Below, in pieces: positions 19,026-27,611 of a DNA stretch of 64,000 nucleotides. The stretch is from contig JBBDZX010000005.1 in assembly GCA_040899905.1 (NCBI GenBank), positions 698,199-762,198 on the forward strand. Reading direction: 5' to 3'. The first letter of the stretch is position 1; every line of letters begins with the position of its first letter. The translations under genes were made by a program, and so were the position numbers. Below the pieces are notes generated by a model, which had not been told where the DNA came from, made no database searches, and saw nothing but the letters and a program-made list of their open reading frames with translations. This DNA is from Anaerolineales bacterium. GTDB taxonomy: Bacteria; Chloroflexota; Anaerolineae; Anaerolineales; E44-bin32.

Positions 19026-19301
19026 TTACAGCTTCGACTGGACCAGCTGTTCCATGTCGGAAATGGTGTTGAAGTAATCGACCGTTGTCTCGTGCGCTTC
19101 AATACCGATTTGAAATCGCTTTTCGAGAAACAGCACCAAGTTGACCGTGGCGAGTGAGTCGAGGATCCCCCCGGTGATGAGGGGAGTTGTGTCGGTCAAT
19201 GCTGACGGGTCTTCCCCCGCAAGGAACTCGTCAAGGATGTACTTCTTGATCGCCTGCCCGATCCCCTCCCTCGTCTGCTTTTCTCCATCCACCTCGCTCA
19301 C
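19026..19301 (-). CDS. DltC-like carrier protein (carrier 2)
   Basis: 91 aa, with ITGGILDSLATVNLVLFLEKRF (D-S-L). GTG start preceded by GGAGAGGAGG. Confidence 0.85.
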   Translation of the reverse strand: MSEVDGEKQTREGIGQAIKKYILDEFLAGEDPSALTDTTPLITGGILDSLATVNLVLFLEKRFQIGIEAHETTVDYFNTISDMEQLVQSKL

Positions 19302-19513
19302 CTTGCCTCCTCTCCTGAATGCGACTGGCGTTTGTCAGAGCTCTTCTAATCGGAAACGACTCGACGATGGGTCTCCTGCACCGTCCGCCGGCGGCCGCGG
19401 TTCCCCTTGCCGGAGCTCCCCCACATTGCCGAGGCCGGTGCGTGGCAGACCCTCGCACGATCCCCTCAAGCGGGCACGCCCCCATAGTCAGCGCGCGCTC
19501 CCCGAGGCGCGTC

Positions 19514-20953
19514 TTACGCGTTCTTCAGCACCCCTTCCCGTGAGTCGTTCAGCCATGAAGCCAAGCCCACCGTCCTCTGCAGGACGAGGTGCAGGCCAGA
19601 TGCTGCAAAGATGACCAGTACGGCATCGACCGGCAATCGATACCGGACTTGGACCCAGGAGAGGATGTGAATCAGGCTGTAGCCAAGGACGAACAGATAG
19701 AGCAGCACAACCGCTGCAGACAGCGTCCCGAATCGGACCACCCAGCCCCGCTCGCGTCCATGGAGAAACGGCCGCGCCAAACCAAGCAGCATGAAGGGAA
19801 GGAAAAGCCCAAACGATACTGTACGTGCGACATTGCTCACGCTGCTAGAGTCCTGACTCGGAAGGAAGTTGAAGTACAGGGGAACACGACTCACGCTGAG
19901 CCGCAGGTAGCGAGCCGGTTCATCGATGACAAAACGCAAGCCCCGTTTCAGCAGTTCCGCGTCCAGGTCGGCCTCGCTGAGGGCCCTTAGTTCGTGCGGG
20001 ATCATTTCGCGATAGCGCCCATCCATTTCCGACGCCGGAACAAAGCGAGTTCCGTAGAACGGGTGATTGCTGAGGAACATCGCAAATCCAGCGTTCGTGT
20101 TGAGCAGCAGGAACCTGTCAAAGCGCGAATAGTTGAAGACCGTCACAGGAAGAATGGCCAAAGCGCATACGCATAAAGAAACCAATGCCGGGCCTACGGC
20201 GGGACGGATCGAACCGCTTGCACGTCGGGCTGCGGCCAACAACCACACCAGGAGCAGAGGGATCATGAGCAGAAACACCTGCCTCAACAGCACCGCTGCC
20301 GCCAGGGATACCCCTAGCCCCACGCTCAGGGCCCTGCGTGCTCGAGAAGTCCTCGCCCTCGCCAAACGCAGGACCAGATAGATTGACAGCAAGACGGCCG
20401 CAATGTAGAAAGGCTCGGTCATCAGCGTTCCGGAGTAGTAAACGAAGTAGGCGTAGACCGCGGTCACCGACGCGGCGAGCAGCGGGACACCGAGTCGGTC
20501 CAGGGCCGGCGCCTCTTGCACAGGGGGGACAGGGACCTGCGTCGCTCCCTCCCGGTCCTTAACTTGTCGAATTCGAGCAGTCGGGGAGCCCCCGAAGATC
20601 AGATCCGCGATCTTGTAGGCCAGAAGGGGATGCGCCACGCCAACAACAACGGCCTGGATCAGGCGGGCGACAAGGGGATGCGGCCCGAATAGTCCATACA
20701 CCGCCGTGAGATAGAGCGTATACAGATAACTCCAGTGTGCGGTCGGCTCGCCCGCGGCCGTCGCCGGCCACCAATCCTCCGAGAAGCTGAACCCATGCCC
20801 CCCAAGGACTCGGAGCGCCAGCGTGTGGTAGGAAACCTGATCTGCGGTGCCCGGAAGTGCTTCCACGTGGTTTCCCAGGTACACGCCGGCACCAATACGC
20901 AGAAGGACCGATAGGCAGATAGCGATCAGGAGATCGAGGCGTGGAGTTCGCAT
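19514..20953 (-). CDS. GT-C fold glycosyltransferase (ArnT/PMT-like, polyprenyl-phosphate-sugar dependent)
   Basis: Polytopic membrane protein. N-terminal loop GTADQVSYHTLALRVLGGHGFSF resembles the acidic first-loop motif of GT39/GT83 enzymes. ATG 20953 lies 2 nt after the sulfotransferase stop. Confidence 0.7.
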   Translation of the reverse strand: MRTPRLDLLIAICLSVLLRIGAGVYLGNHVEALPGTADQVSYHTLALRVLGGHGFSFSEDWWPATAAGEPTAHWSYLYTLYLTAVYGLFGPHPLVARLIQAVVVGVAHPLLAYKIADLIFGGSPTARIRQVKDREGATQVPVPPVQEAPALDRLGVPLLAASVTAVYAYFVYYSGTLMTEPFYIAAVLLSIYLVLRLARARTSRARRALSVGLGVSLAAAVLLRQVFLLMIPLLLVWLLAAARRASGSIRPAVGPALVSLCVCALAILPVTVFNYSRFDRFLLLNTNAGFAMFLSNHPFYGTRFVPASEMDGRYREMIPHELRALSEADLDAELLKRGLRFVIDEPARYLRLSVSRVPLYFNFLPSQDSSSVSNVARTVSFGLFLPFMLLGLARPFLHGRERGWVVRFGTLSAAVVLLYLFVLGYSLIHILSWVQVRYRLPVDAVLVIFAASGLHLVLQRTVGLASWLNDSREGVLKNA

Positions 20954-20955
20954 GA

Positions 20956-21969
20956 TCACCAATCGAGGTTGTCGCCGTAGCCGAGGTCCATGAGCTGGCG
21001 GCCTGCAACGGCCTTAAACATGAGCTTGCGGGTCGATGGCCACTGTTGCCAGTGACCCGTTGGCTGAAAACTCTTGGGCTTCGGCAGCCAGCGCCATTCC
21101 ACTGTCTCACCAGGTTTTGTCAGCTTGGATGAACCGATGACTTTGATACTCTCGATCTGATCGAAGGGGAACTTATCCGCATCCAGGCCAGCATGGCGAC
21201 AGAGCGCCCTTACGAACTTGCTCGGGTCGGAGACAGCTTCCTCAAACCGCGCGAAGAAGTACTGATCCTTTCGAGATCCTTGGAAGGCACCCTTGGCGCT
21301 CAGAACTGCGTCCGCGCTCCGTCTCCACCTGAGGCAGGCTTGCAAGAACGTCAGCTTCGGCCAGGTTCGGAGGGTCGAGTGAACGACGTCACGGCCGTCT
21401 CTCACCAGCAACACGAGGTACTCATGTGGAAACATAGAGTAGAAGTGCGTGATGTATTGAACCGAAGGACTCTTTACCAGCAGTCTGCTGGAGGGAGGGC
21501 TGTCTTCATACAGATAGGCAAGCAGTGAGGCTCCGAACAGCGGCAGGAAGTCTCCCTCCGCCATCTTGCCCAAATTGGGTTTGTACTCAAGCAGGAAACC
21601 CTTTGCCAAACCCATCACTCGCGGCGACTGCATCAGCGCGGGGAGCTCCCACAACTGATGGGGATAGGGATGGATTTCCGGATGCAGTCGTAGAAGCTGA
21701 CCCAAGTAGACGGTTCCGGAGCGCGGCATCATTCCGTGGACCATGATGGCCGGAGGACGGTCCGTGCCGCGTATCGTCTTTGCGGCCCGGATCACGAGGT
21801 CGCTCACTGGGGGGGGCTGCATGGCCGTCGTAAAGCCCCTGCGCTCGAAGAAGTAGTTCACATACCTTCGCAAGTCACGCCACAAGACCGCAGCGCGATT
21901 GAGCGATGACCTGGGGGAGGCAACATCCCGTGGACCCGGGATCGCTTTCAGCAGACTTGCGTCGCTCAA
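20956..21969 (-). CDS. PAPS-dependent sulfotransferase
   Basis: 5'-PSB loop HGMMPRSGTVYLG and 3'-PB motif LLVRDGRDVVHS. The start is uncertain: TTG 21969, or an internal Met (MQPPP). Confidence 0.8.
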   Translation of the reverse strand: MSDASLLKAIPGPRDVASPRSSLNRAAVLWRDLRRYVNYFFERRGFTTAMQPPPVSDLVIRAAKTIRGTDRPPAIMVHGMMPRSGTVYLGQLLRLHPEIHPYPHQLWELPALMQSPRVMGLAKGFLLEYKPNLGKMAEGDFLPLFGASLLAYLYEDSPPSSRLLVKSPSVQYITHFYSMFPHEYLVLLVRDGRDVVHSTLRTWPKLTFLQACLRWRRSADAVLSAKGAFQGSRKDQYFFARFEEAVSDPSKFVRALCRHAGLDADKFPFDQIESIKVIGSSKLTKPGETVEWRWLPKPKSFQPTGHWQQWPSTRKLMFKAVAGRQLMDLGYGDNLDW

Positions 21970-22428
21970 GCTAGACCCTTCTCAGTTGGAGAGAAACCGG
22001 CGCGTAGGGATCCACGTGCTCAGACGATGGAGCCCAGATCTCGAGCCCTTCGCTCCGTCCGCAGGCAGACAACGAGCATCATTCCACTGGTGGCGAGGGT
22101 CGCCAATCCGGCCTGGCAGAAGCCATGGCATGGGGCAGGCTGCTATCGCCGACGGCATGATCGAAGGGCCGCAGAGGAACGACAGAGAGCCGGCCTGCGT
22201 AGAGAGAGTGCCGCAACTCTTGATAGGGCAACCACCCGGTCCGCCGCATGTTGGCGGGTATGTCAATCTCGCCCAAGTGGAACGCACGCCCGCTGACCCG
22301 AACGTCGAACCTCGGTCCCCTCGATCGTCTGGTTTCACCTTCTCCTCCAGCGGTCACAAGATCTTCATTGGGGGCTCGGGCGCGAGCGAATGGGCCCAGG
22401 CGTGCTTGCCTGGGCTACCGACTCGACT

Positions 22429-23667
22429 CTACCCGCTTGGCCTCTCCCCGTCAGTCGCCTGCAGATATCCGGCAATGATCTCCGCTGCCAGATAGTGACC
22501 CTGTTGGTTCCAATGGGTATCGAAGGGGTAGTACAGCTCGACGCCCGTGCCAGCGACCTCTTGGAACGTCGAGGTCAGGTCGAGAAAGGCTACGTCGTGG
22601 GCCGCGGCAAAGCCGGCCAGCAGGTTAGCTTGATCGTCCATGTGTTCAAGGGTGAGTTCCAGTGTCGCCGGTAAGTTCGTGAACTGAAGGAAGCCTGCCT
22701 CGTCTAGAGCTAGAGTCGATACGTTGGCATAGACCCGCCTTGCAGTCTCGGCATCGTCCAAGTATGGCAGGTAGACATGTTCCTTGGACGGAATGTAGAC
22801 CAGCAGAAGCCGAGAGTTCACCTCCTCGCTCAACTCCCCTGCCGCTAGAATCACCTCTCTCACCAGGCGGTAATCTTGTGATGCTTCAATCAACTGACCA
22901 CTCACCGAGAGCCAGCTAATGTGAGGAGAAAAGAAGGCCATCTCCATGCCAGTGCCATCTATGGGCATTGTGATTGGATATCGATATCCCGGCTCGGCCA
23001 CAACCTGAGTGCCCGTCGATGTGGTCTCGGGCCACCCTGCTCCGCCTCGGGTCAACAGGAAACGTCCAAAACGGGGAAGGATGAAAGGGTTCGCCTTCTC
23101 GTAGGCTCCCGCTTCGTACAGATCATTCGCCCCAAAATAGGCCATGATCACCCACTGTGGGTGCTTGTTGATGCCGAACTGCCGCAAGAACTCGAGCTCC
23201 TGTTGCGGTCCGGCACCAACATCTGCGAGGTTGAGCACATACATGCCAGTCGATGCCGCCAACTCTTGTGGCCAAGGTGTTGCGACGCCGCTGGCCCGCG
23301 TGAAGGAATCGCCCAATGCCACGATGTCATACGTCGCTCGCTCCGGTGGAAGATTGCGAAAACCGTTGGCATCGGTCACCAGATGAACCCAGGCCACTAC
23401 CCTATCCTGATCCTGTACCAACGGGGCAATGGCTCCCCGCATCCAATGGAACAGATCACCGTCAGATAGCCGCACAGCGTAGGTTTCGTCAATATAGGCG
23501 TGGACTCGCCGCACGGGCGGGGACACCCGCACCTCGCGTGGGACCCAATTGGGAAAGGTCCGCAGCAGCAACTCCGCCATGCCCAGCGCCACGCCCACTC
23601 CCAAAGTGGCCAGAGCAACCTTGCCCAGGGTGGATACTAGGCGCCGGCCCGCGCCGCGACGGGTCAT
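22429..23667 (-). CDS. AlgX/AlgJ/DltD-like SGNH-fold O-acyltransferase/esterase with N-terminal membrane anchor
   Basis: Anchor LGKVALATLGVGVALGMAELLL, DIVALGDSFTRASG (GDS), and C-terminal PFDTHWNQQGH. Start chosen at ATG 23667; upstream codons lie inside a duplicated gene remnant. Confidence 0.7.
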   Translation of the reverse strand: MTRRGAGRRLVSTLGKVALATLGVGVALGMAELLLRTFPNWVPREVRVSPPVRRVHAYIDETYAVRLSDGDLFHWMRGAIAPLVQDQDRVVAWVHLVTDANGFRNLPPERATYDIVALGDSFTRASGVATPWPQELAASTGMYVLNLADVGAGPQQELEFLRQFGINKHPQWVIMAYFGANDLYEAGAYEKANPFILPRFGRFLLTRGGAGWPETTSTGTQVVAEPGYRYPITMPIDGTGMEMAFFSPHISWLSVSGQLIEASQDYRLVREVILAAGELSEEVNSRLLLVYIPSKEHVYLPYLDDAETARRVYANVSTLALDEAGFLQFTNLPATLELTLEHMDDQANLLAGFAAAHDVAFLDLTSTFQEVAGTGVELYYPFDTHWNQQGHYLAAEIIAGYLQATDGERPSG

Positions 23668-23674
23668 CGTCTGG

Positions 23675-23832
23675 CCATCACTCGCGGCGACTGCATCAGC
23701 TCGGGGAGCTCCCACAACTGACGGGGATTCTCATTTAGGGAGAAATCGGCGCGGAGGGAAATCAACGTGCTCAGACCATGTAGCCCAGATCTCGAGGCCT
23801 TCGCTCCATCCGCAGGCCGACACCGAGCATCA
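23675..23832 (-). pseudogene. Deletion-derivative remnant of the sulfotransferase gene 5' region
   Basis: 23731..23832 aligns by eye at roughly 85 percent identity to 21981..22082 (upstream leader of the sulfotransferase). 23675..23727 aligns to 21612..21664 (codons for QLWELPALMQSPRVM; the remnant reads QLWELPELMQSPRVMA). The two blocks are 316 bp apart in the intact copy and 3 bp apart here. Confidence 0.55.
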
Positions 23833-24018
23833 CACCCGCCGCACGCACCTCGCCTTGCCCAATGGCCACGCATCCGGTCATCAAGCCACCCCTGGTCGCC
23901 TCCAGGGAAGGGGCCCGCTTTGCGTCGGTCGCGGACGCCCTAACGGCAAAGCAGGATCACGCTGGCAGCCAGGATCGCCAGGTGCGCGACCCACACCGAG
24001 GGCAGGCGCGGATTGGCT

Positions 24019-24201
24019 CTAGAAGAGGGTGTAGATGAACGGCCCGACGCCGGAGCTGGAGGCGAAGATGATCAACAGGCCGAATACCATCAGGAGCGCG
24101 ACCATGGGGATCAGCCACCAGAGTCTCTGCTTCCAGAGGTACCCAAACAGTTCGCCAACGACGCTCATGTTGGAAACCATGGAACGAATGAAGGATCGCA
24201 T
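24019..24201 (-). CDS. DUF5989-like small membrane protein
   Basis: 60 aa, ...LWKQRLWWLIPMVALLMVFGLLIIFASSSGVGPFIYTLF. The WWL-P-TM-PFIYTLF ending is what I recall for the minigene that accompanies NodU/CmcH-type carbamoyltransferases. GGGAGGA lies upstream. Confidence 0.75.
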   Translation of the reverse strand: MRSFIRSMVSNMSVVGELFGYLWKQRLWWLIPMVALLMVFGLLIIFASSSGVGPFIYTLF

Positions 24202-24249
24202 GCGATCTGTTCCTCCCTCGGGCGGATCAGGAGTAGGCAGGGACGCTCT

Positions 24250-26073
24250 TCAACTTGCGCGGCTGTGCGACTTGCGGACGACGAAGCCGCCCATGTAGAG
24301 AGTGTCGATGTCGCTCTTGGTGAATGTGTTCAGGGCATTGGCAGGCGTGGTTACAATTGGCTCCCCCCGCAGGTTGAAGCTCGTGTTGAGGAGCACAGGC
24401 ACACCAGTCGCCTGTCCGAAGAGTTCGACCGCCCGGTAGTAGAGCGGGTTCCATTCCTCTCGCACTGTCTGCAGGCGCCCCGTTCCACCCTCGTGGGTGA
24501 CGGCCTGAATTTGCTCCCCCTTGCCATCCAGGGTCCCGCACACCATGAGCATGTAGCGGAGGGGGTAGTTGTTGCGCACATCGCCGAGGCCGGCGTAATA
24601 CTCGCCGGCGCGATCTTCCAAGACGACCGGGGCAAACGGCCGGAACGGTTCACGGAACTTGATGCGTGAGTTAACGACTTCCTTCATCTCCGCCCGCCGC
24701 GGATCGGCCAGGATGGAACGGTTGCCCAGCGCCCGCGGGCCCCACTCAAATCGACCCTGAAACAGCCCAATCACCTTCTCGTCCAACAGGTCGTCTACCA
24801 TGCGCGCCGCCATTTTGTCCGTATCCTCGACCTGTTCGTAGGAGTACCCCGCGGCCTCGGTGGCGGCTCTAACCGCGTCCGGCCCGTAGGCCTCGCCCCA
24901 GTACGAATGCTCCATCACGAAGCGGCGCGGGCGGCCAAGAAGCACATGATAGACGTACAGCGCGGCCCCCAGGGCTCCTCCCGAATCCCCGGCCGCAGGC
25001 TGAATGAAGACTTCCTCAAAGGGCGTCTCGCGCTGTATGCGCCCATTGGCGACCGAGTTCAACGCCACCCCGCCCGCCATGGCCAGCTGCTTCAGGCCCG
25101 TCCTCTCGTGCGCGTATCGGGCCATGCTCAGCATCGTTTCCTCGGTCACTGTCTGGATGCTGGCGGCAATATCGGCGTAGTGCTGGTTCTGGGCGGCGGT
25201 CGCTTCGTCCCACAGAGGGTGGTCCTTGCGTGGGTGCGTCGAGGGAGTGTAGAAGTCCGATTCGTCGACCCGCGGGGGACCAAAGAGCTGCACGAACTTG
25301 TCGCTGAACGTCCTCGAAGTGGAGTGCTGAAAGTCGAAGTAGTCCAGATTGAGGCGGATCCCTCCGCGCCGATCAACATCCACGACCTTGTAGACGTCCT
25401 CCACACGGGTCGGCCGCCCGTACGGCGCCATCCCCATCACCTTGTACTCACCGTCATTCACCCGAAAGCCGAGGAAAGCCGTGAAGGCCGAATACAGCAG
25501 TCCCAGCGAATGCGGGAACTTGATCTCCTCCAGCAGCGTGATCGAGTTTTCCCGAGGGTCAGACCGCTCACTGCCGTCCCAGTTCGCCGTGGCGCGCCCG
25601 ATCGCCGCCGTGGTCCACTCCCCCACGCCGTCCACCGTAAGAATCGCAGCCTCCCGGAAGGGAGAGGCAAACATGGCGCTGGCGGCGTGACTGAGGTGAT
25701 GCTCTACGAAGAGCAGCTTTTCATCCGGAATGCTTAGCTTGGTGAGGATTTGACCCTTGATCCACAATTTCTCGTTAAACCACGCGATCATCGATTCCCG
25801 GAACACGCGCCAAGACCGAGGAAACGTCTCCAGGGTGGTAATCAGGATACGTTCATACTTCAAGAGCGGCTTTTCATAGAAGACGACATAATCCAGCTCC
25901 CGCCCCGAAATCCCCGCCTGGCGCAGGCAGAAATCGATCGCGTGGCTCGGAAATCCAGAATCATGCTTCTTGCGAGTAAACCGCTCCTCCTCCGCAGCCG
26001 CGACGAGCATGCCGTCCTTGATCAGCGCCGCGGCGGCGTCATGGTAGTAGCAAGAAATTCCCAGGATGTGCAT
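24250..26073 (-). CDS. NodU/CmcH-family carbamoyltransferase
   Basis: MHILGISCYYHDAAAALIKDG, EHHLSHAASA, and a full-length ~600-aa architecture. Its ATG overlaps the upstream stop (ATGA at 26071..26075). Confidence 0.92.
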   Translation of the reverse strand: MHILGISCYYHDAAAALIKDGMLVAAAEEERFTRKKHDSGFPSHAIDFCLRQAGISGRELDYVVFYEKPLLKYERILITTLETFPRSWRVFRESMIAWFNEKLWIKGQILTKLSIPDEKLLFVEHHLSHAASAMFASPFREAAILTVDGVGEWTTAAIGRATANWDGSERSDPRENSITLLEEIKFPHSLGLLYSAFTAFLGFRVNDGEYKVMGMAPYGRPTRVEDVYKVVDVDRRGGIRLNLDYFDFQHSTSRTFSDKFVQLFGPPRVDESDFYTPSTHPRKDHPLWDEATAAQNQHYADIAASIQTVTEETMLSMARYAHERTGLKQLAMAGGVALNSVANGRIQRETPFEEVFIQPAAGDSGGALGAALYVYHVLLGRPRRFVMEHSYWGEAYGPDAVRAATEAAGYSYEQVEDTDKMAARMVDDLLDEKVIGLFQGRFEWGPRALGNRSILADPRRAEMKEVVNSRIKFREPFRPFAPVVLEDRAGEYYAGLGDVRNNYPLRYMLMVCGTLDGKGEQIQAVTHEGGTGRLQTVREEWNPLYYRAVELFGQATGVPVLLNTSFNLRGEPIVTTPANALNTFTKSDIDTLYMGGFVVRKSHSRAS

Positions 26074-26312
26074 CAGTAAAGCCTCTTCGCCCTGGTCAAG
26101 TCGTCAAACCCGGCCTCGCGCCGGATCCAGTGGCCAGACCCAGCGCTCGCTTGCGAATCCCCACGTCGCAGCACACGCATCCCCAGGCCGAACGGCGCGA
26201 AAATCGTGAAGTAGAACACCGTAAGCACGAGCCTGCCAATCAGGTCACCGATCGCCCGCCCGATTCGCTTCCAGGCTTGCCAGAGGCCAGCTAGCATCTT
26301 CTTGCCATTCAT
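26073..26312 (-). CDS. SxtJ-like small membrane protein
   Basis: MNGKKMLAGLWQAWKRIGRAIGDLIGRLVLTVFYFTIFAPFGLGMRVL resembles the C-terminal half of SxtJ-family proteins usually found next to this carbamoyltransferase type. Start chosen at ATG 26312. Confidence 0.55.
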   Translation of the reverse strand: MNGKKMLAGLWQAWKRIGRAIGDLIGRLVLTVFYFTIFAPFGLGMRVLRRGDSQASAGSGHWIRREAGFDDLTRAKRLY

Positions 26313-26500
26313 CACCGACCTCCATGCCTCGAATCCGCCGCAAACCCCTTCGGACTCGATCAACTTCTGGAGATGAGCAGCACACTCCAAGATATGAAGA
26401 CTTCCAAGAGCCTGCTTTCCGTCATGTTTCCCAGCTTCCAGGGCAATTCAGCGCGCGTCCGCCCCTAGAGATTCTCCCTAGAGAACCGATCGAACAAGAA

Positions 26501-27583
26501 TCACCTTGTCGAAGACATCACATGATCGATCGCTGAGTACAGAGCCTGGCCGGCCAGTTCATGCCCTCTGGCGCTTGGATGCATCCACACGTCCGCAAAC
26601 AGGTGATTCTCCAAGCCAGTGCACTCATCCGTGCCCACACGGCTGCATTCCTGCTTGTAGATAGGCAGAAGATCGACAACTTGCACTTCCAGCTGTACGC
26701 CGAGGCCTTCCAGCATCTGTTGAGGTAGGTCCGGATGAGCATCCTCATTTATCTGCATCGCAGTCGGAAAGATCACAACCCAAAGGGGGATACCCGCGTT
26801 CTCACAGGCCCGCGCGATGTCAAGAATCGGGTCGAGAAGATTAGCCCATCTCGGGTCATCCTCATCTAGCGGATAGTACGCTTGCGCGGAGCGCGGTGGA
26901 TTGAGGACGGGTAGGAACCTAGGATCTAGAGTACGCGCAAGCAGAAGCCGAGCCTGGGTTGTAAGCACCGGCCAGGCATGTGTGTTATCTCGCAACCAAT
27001 CGGTCACGCTCCCATGCCTGCTCACCTGGGGGCCGCTTCCATAAATGTCATTGACAACCGTGACCGCGAGAACAACTAGGTCAGGATCAAGGGCTAGTCC
27101 TTGATCGACCAGGTAGCTATGTGCCATTGCCGGCGTCCATCCAGGGATGGCAACAGTGATCACCTCGGCGTTGAGTTCGGAGTTTCTCAGCTGGAGCCCT
27201 TGCTGCAAGATGTGTCCATAGGTCTCTTCGAACTCAACCTCCCATCCAAAAGGAACCGAATCGCCTAAGTTGAGGATCCTGAATTGCTCACGTCCCTTGT
27301 CCTCGGAGATTTCCGGCCCACGGATTCCGTATGAATTAATCTCAACATCGATACCTTCCCACCGGTAGGTTGTGTTAGGCTCGAACAGGTAGTAGATCCG
27401 ATCGCCTTCGCCATACTTCACCAGGTCAAGACGCCTTGACGCGACAAGCGTCCAGCCATTTCGCCCGTTCGCCATGATCCCCTCCCATATGGCAGCAACC
27501 GACTCGAGCACGACTGCTGTCACCACAATCGCAAGGAGGGAGATCGAAAGACCCGAGCCCAGGCGCCCCAAATCGGCTCTCAT
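26501..27583 (-). CDS. SGNH/GDSL-family hydrolase or acyltransferase with N-terminal anchor
   Basis: Anchor GLSISLLAIVVTAVVL, ILNLGDSVPFGWE (GDS), and a C-terminal Asp/His block DVWMHPSARGHELA. ATG 27583 lies after GGGAG. Confidence 0.75.
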   Translation of the reverse strand: MRADLGRLGSGLSISLLAIVVTAVVLESVAAIWEGIMANGRNGWTLVASRRLDLVKYGEGDRIYYLFEPNTTYRWEGIDVEINSYGIRGPEISEDKGREQFRILNLGDSVPFGWEVEFEETYGHILQQGLQLRNSELNAEVITVAIPGWTPAMAHSYLVDQGLALDPDLVVLAVTVVNDIYGSGPQVSRHGSVTDWLRDNTHAWPVLTTQARLLLARTLDPRFLPVLNPPRSAQAYYPLDEDDPRWANLLDPILDIARACENAGIPLWVVIFPTAMQINEDAHPDLPQQMLEGLGVQLEVQVVDLLPIYKQECSRVGTDECTGLENHLFADVWMHPSARGHELAGQALYSAIDHVMSSTR

Positions 27584-27611
27584 TTCGAACCACTCCCAGA
27601 TGGACCAGCCA

